From a virus (Duplodnaviria; Caudoviricetes): a stretch of 48,049 nucleotides of DNA. The notes under the pieces were generated by a model. The model was given only the letters and a program-made list of their open reading frames with translations, searched no databases and was not told where the DNA came from. Shown piece by piece: positions 44,598 through 48,049 of this stretch (position 1 is the stretch's first letter; every line of letters begins with the position of its first letter). Where the stretch lies: the IMG/VR virus record IMGVR_UViG_3300006127_000021, positions 1 to 48,049 of that record. The stretch is one strand, 5' to 3'. Position numbers and translations under genes: made by a program.

Positions 44598-44795
44598 CTA
44601 TAACTTTAAATCTTTTATTGTATCAACAATATCCTTTTCATCTTTATAGATTTCTTTAACTTTGTCTAAAGCTTCATTATAAGCTAATTCAGCTATATCC
44701 TTAGCATCCATTAGTTTAATGTAACTAAAAGTTTCACCATCTTTATTTTTTAAAGATAGAAAGCTAGTTGTGTTTAATTTTCTTTCCCAGTTCAT
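44598..44795 (-). CDS. Hypothetical protein
   Basis: Start reset to MNWERK. Confidence 0.65.
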   Translation of the reverse strand: MNWERKLNTTSFLSLKNKDGETFSYIKLMDAKDIAELAYNEALDKVKEIYKDEKDIVDTIKDLKL

Positions 44796-44796
44796 A

Positions 44797-44967
44797 TTAC
44801 TTTTTTGAATAAGTATTATCATTTGTAAGTTTCCGTAATAAATCTTGCTGAGCTTTTGTAAAGTTTCCTTTTTCAGTCAAATGTTTATCTAAAGATTCTA
44901 ACAATTTAATCTTTTTTAGATAATAGTCTCTCGCTTTCTCTAATAAAATTCTATCGTATCTACTCAT
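44797..44967 (-). CDS. 56-aa hypothetical protein
   Basis: Hand-translated MSRYDRILLEKARDYYLKK...; TAATG-coupled to the upstream gene. Confidence 0.6.
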   Translation of the reverse strand: MSRYDRILLEKARDYYLKKIKLLESLDKHLTEKGNFTKAQQDLLRKLTNDNTYSKK

Positions 44968-46223
44968 TATTCAAATATTTTAGTTGTTTGATTTTGTGTC
45001 CACTCTTTAGTAAAGGGGTTTGCTCTATAATCATTATATGCATAACAACCCGTTATATCTGAATGAATTATTAATTGATTGTTTTTATTTTTAAATACTA
45101 CCATTCTAGACATCCAATTACCAATAACAGGTGTTCTAACTATGTTATTATTAATAACATTTATTTCATTAAAACTTTTAAAGTTGTCATTTGTTTTATA
45201 TACATTCATATTATAGCCACCATACCATATACTCGTTATATCACCGGTTCTATCTAATATAATTTCATTTATACCATCACCATCTACATCAATACACGCA
45301 ATATCCATTACTAACCCCCAACCAGAAGAATTAGGTAAACAAATTTGTGTTTGTGTTGTAAAATTATTATTTTTATTCCAAAAAATGGTAGAAGGTGAAT
45401 ATATGGCAGGTGCAGGTCTACCCTCATCACCACTTAATATAATATCGTTTTTACCATCCTTATCTACATCTATAATTTCAGTTGTTATATACCCATTATA
45501 ATTAGGAATATTAAATGTTGTGAAATTAAAAGTTTCATCACCATTATTATATAATATTTTTGGTAAACCTTGTCCAACTAATATTAAATCAAGTTTACCA
45601 TCACCATTTAAATCACCACTAGATACCGAGTGAAAACCACCCGTATTTACTAATTCAGGTACTATAACTAATTTGTATTTAGTTTTGCCTTTTTGGGATA
45701 GTAAAAATACAGGAGTTGCATTATTGGTTGTTCCACCATCATAATTTGTATTACTTACAAACAAATCAGGTAATGAATCATTATTAAAATCTCCAACGAT
45801 AGTTTTACGTGTATCTAATGCTCCAACATAATCATCCGGTAACATTGAATTATCTAATACATAACCATGTGGTGTATTGATAAATACTTCAGGTTTAATA
45901 AGTGTATTAGGGTTATCCGATTGAATTGGATAAAATATATCTTCTCTACCATCATTATTAATATCAATATAGGTATATCCTAAATTATTATATCCATTCC
46001 ATCTACCAACATTTAAAACTCCCAATACATTTCTAATTGAATCTATATTCACAAATCCTTGTTGTGGATTTTTTAACTCATATGATGTTTTACCATAATA
46101 ACTCAATGGTGTTAATGGTAAATTTACTTTATTTGTAGTTGAATTTGTCACTACAACATTTGGTGCAGTTTTAGAACAACTAAATAAACCAACTAATAAA
46201 AATCCTAATAATATATTTTTCAT
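44967..46223 (-). CDS. FG-GAP/VCBS repeat (beta-propeller) lipoprotein
   Basis: Lipobox LFSC; repeats DINNDGRED, DFNNDSLPD, DLNGDGKLD, DVDKDGKND, DVDGDGINE. Confidence 0.85.
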   Translation of the reverse strand: MKNILLGFLLVGLFSCSKTAPNVVVTNSTTNKVNLPLTPLSYYGKTSYELKNPQQGFVNIDSIRNVLGVLNVGRWNGYNNLGYTYIDINNDGREDIFYPIQSDNPNTLIKPEVFINTPHGYVLDNSMLPDDYVGALDTRKTIVGDFNNDSLPDLFVSNTNYDGGTTNNATPVFLLSQKGKTKYKLVIVPELVNTGGFHSVSSGDLNGDGKLDLILVGQGLPKILYNNGDETFNFTTFNIPNYNGYITTEIIDVDKDGKNDIILSGDEGRPAPAIYSPSTIFWNKNNNFTTQTQICLPNSSGWGLVMDIACIDVDGDGINEIILDRTGDITSIWYGGYNMNVYKTNDNFKSFNEINVINNNIVRTPVIGNWMSRMVVFKNKNNQLIIHSDITGCYAYNDYRANPFTKEWTQNQTTKIFE

Positions 46224-46225
46224 AA

Positions 46226-46570
46226 TTAACCTTTTACAAATATTTGAATTAATAAAATTGTGAATGCTAATACTAAACACACAATGGTTTTAGTGGTGAT
46301 AGGCTCTTTGAATAGGACACTACTTAATATACTGAATACAAATACACCTACCACAAACCCTACCAACCTAGATAACCATAAACCACCATTACTATATTCT
46401 ACCATACAACCAACCGATTTAATGAATATAAAACTAATTGGTATAGATGCTGCTAAAATTAAGATAGGATATTTTTGATTCCAATGATATTTAATTCCAC
46501 CCTGCAATTGTAGAAAGGTAAGAACTTGTGCTACCAATCCATACAATATACCTAATAATAACTTATTCAT
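46226..46570 (-). CDS. Four-helix membrane protein (DMT/SMR-like)
   Basis: Four hydrophobic segments; LFKEPITTKT resembles the DMT loop. Confidence 0.6.
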   Translation of the reverse strand: MNKLLLGILYGLVAQVLTFLQLQGGIKYHWNQKYPILILAASIPISFIFIKSVGCMVEYSNGGLWLSRLVGFVVGVFVFSILSSVLFKEPITTKTIVCLVLAFTILLIQIFVKG

Positions 46571-46730
46571 TTAATTTAATTTTAATTCGTTTACTCATCT
46601 TACTACCTTTAGTATGCAATCTATATGCTTTATTATATCTACCCCTTTCCCAATAGTGTGGTGTCCTACCATAATAACCATTGATAAATGCATTGATAAT
46701 TCTATTCAATACAAACTTTGGATTTTTCAT
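46563..46730 (-). CDS. 55-aa hypothetical protein
   Basis: Hand-translated MKNPKFVLNRIINAFINGYYGRTPHYWE...; TAATG-coupled. Confidence 0.55.
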   Translation of the reverse strand: MKNPKFVLNRIINAFINGYYGRTPHYWERGRYNKAYRLHTKGSKMSKRIKIKLNE

Positions 46731-47233
46731 TATTTATATTTTTCTTTTAATACTATATCGTAGTAATCAATTGTTTCTTTACCATTAACACTACTCTTTG
46801 TCCATACCATTGGAAATTCGTCTCTACATTGTTCTACCCGTTCTTGCTTTGATTTAGTTTTATCGGTATTGTTTTCATAGAATAACCATGCTTCCCAATA
46901 ATGGTCAACTGCATTTCTATCCCTAAAACCTACCATAACAGCAATTTGATAACCAAAGAATACAAATGATAATACAGGACCCCATTCGTATCTATAATCA
47001 CAATCAGTCCATTTTGTTTTCCAACCTAAACTACAATAACTAAATCCAAACTTTTGTGGACGAGATGTTTTCCAACCTGGCCTCTCCTTATCCTTAACCC
47101 ACACTCTTGGTAGGAAATAAGGCACACCTACTTTTGTTTTACCACAATATGTTTTTATACTGAATGGTTTGAATGGTGAGTTCAATGCTTTTAACCAATA
47201 GAAATCCTCTACTATATATTTTAACTTTCTCAT
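46730..47233 (-). CDS. Hypothetical protein
   Basis: 167-aa Trp-rich ORF (LGWKTKW, HYWEAWL). Confidence 0.75.
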   Translation of the reverse strand: MRKLKYIVEDFYWLKALNSPFKPFSIKTYCGKTKVGVPYFLPRVWVKDKERPGWKTSRPQKFGFSYCSLGWKTKWTDCDYRYEWGPVLSFVFFGYQIAVMVGFRDRNAVDHYWEAWLFYENNTDKTKSKQERVEQCRDEFPMVWTKSSVNGKETIDYYDIVLKEKYK

Positions 47234-47236
47234 AAC

Positions 47237-47779
47237 TTATTTGTTTAGTTTCTTAATACATTCATCAACCTTATCTCTTAGCCTACCACCATATCCGAAA
47301 TCACCATCAACTTGAACATGCCTCCACATTGGAATACGAGCATTCATCCATTTGAACTCAGCACTTAATCTCATATCATCAATTGCAATCCAGTTACTAA
47401 TCTTATTATCCTTAGCCCATTTTACAATCTGATGTGCTCTTTCAAACTCTAATGATGGACTACTCATTTTATTCCATATCCCCATTTGTCTGGTATTCAT
47501 ATGGGTTGTGGTATCAATAAGTTTTGCATAGATACCATACTCAATTAAAATGTCACTCATTTGTTTTAGTGTGTAATGCATTTTCCAATCAGAACTTAAC
47601 ACTAACTCAGCATTTGTTTTATCACATATCTCAGCTAATGCTTCACAATCTGCCCTATCCCAAGCGTAAGGTATTGTAAACTCCGCCGATGTGTTTTCGT
47701 TTATCTTAACCTTACCATCCATCCATGTTCCCCAAGCTAATGGCCCGTCTACATCTATGAATATTATTTTCTTTCTCAT
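47237..47779 (-). CDS. HAD-domain protein (Swiss-army-knife RNA repair-like HAD)
   Basis: FIDVDG, VLSSDWK, WIAIDD. Confidence 0.8.
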   Translation of the reverse strand: MRKKIIFIDVDGPLAWGTWMDGKVKINENTSAEFTIPYAWDRADCEALAEICDKTNAELVLSSDWKMHYTLKQMSDILIEYGIYAKLIDTTTHMNTRQMGIWNKMSSPSLEFERAHQIVKWAKDNKISNWIAIDDMRLSAEFKWMNARIPMWRHVQVDGDFGYGGRLRDKVDECIKKLNK

Positions 47780-47780
47780 A

Positions 47781-48049
47781 CTATAAATCTTTTAATGCTT
47801 CATTAAATGTCCATTTGGCATTTTTAATATCACCAAACCAATCGGCAGATACCCAATGGTCAAGACCTGCTCCATTATCAACTCTATACATATTTCTATT
47901 ATGGTCACTATCCCATTTTGGTTCTCTATGTATATGAATGATTGCCCAATTAGTCCTTTTGTCTTGAAATGAAAAGGTGTATCTATCATCATGTTCTTCG
48001 GCTTCCTTTAATTTGTATTTGCCACCTACAAAATTCATTCCTAATATAT
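47781..48049 (-). CDS. Probable MLTIKN-family paralog, 5' end outside the window
   Basis: Frame is open to the window edge (ILGMNFV...); EHDDRYTF and IHRE match the family pattern. Confidence 0.55.
   Translation of the reverse strand, partial: ILGMNFVGGKYKLKEAEEHDDRYTFSFQDKRTNWAIIHIHREPKWDSDHNRNMYRVDNGAGLDHWVSADWFGDIKNAKWTFNEALKDL

Noticed and set aside
5293-46478. All plus-strand ORFs in the track (e.g. 5293..5562, 9830..10084, 24160..24432, 37692..38090)
   Set aside because: Each lies antisense to a well-supported minus-strand gene and has shadow-ORF composition (F/I/L/S-rich) with no motifs.
21582-47992. Alternative-frame minus ORFs 21582..21830, 22540..22761, 33696..33929 and 47792..47992
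   Set aside because: The first two and the last are nested in better genes in another frame; 33696..33929 is antisense to array genes. None has independent support.
1-48049. Stop-codon reassignment (TAG or TGA read-through)
   Set aside because: Recognisable enzymes are full length under code 11, and TAG/TGA stops are followed immediately by new starts.

Overview
AT-rich, gene-dense segment with essentially all credible genes on the minus strand. It is best read as part of a large (jumbo-type) dsDNA phage genome; repeated TAnnTTTG promoter boxes point to a Bacteroidota host. Left part (1-9.2 kb): carbamoyltransferase, phage sigma factor, peptide deformylase, DNA methyltransferase, Hsp20, HD protein. 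9.3-19.5 kb: a modification cluster of seven 2OG-Fe(II) oxygenases and six glycosyltransferase-like proteins, nearly all ending in a shared basic-hydrophobic C-terminal tail (e.g. KKTLL). The cluster surrounds a 498-aa gene that appears to fuse a circularly permuted ATP-grasp-like domain, a Hint (intein-like) domain ending in His-Asn and a 35-aa, 8-Cys C-terminal peptide, followed by a 29-aa micro-ORF. This is my main candidate for an undescribed phage peptide/protein modification system. 21.7-27.5 kb holds G-rich elements, clustered IHF-consensus sites and a candidate structured ncRNA. 28.4-37.5 kb holds an array of 21 highly diverged ~100-aa paralogs that share an MLTIKNI.K-like N-terminus. 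The right part has UvsE, a metallophosphoesterase, an FG-GAP lipoprotein and a HAD protein. All family assignments come from motif recognition by eye; no searches were run.
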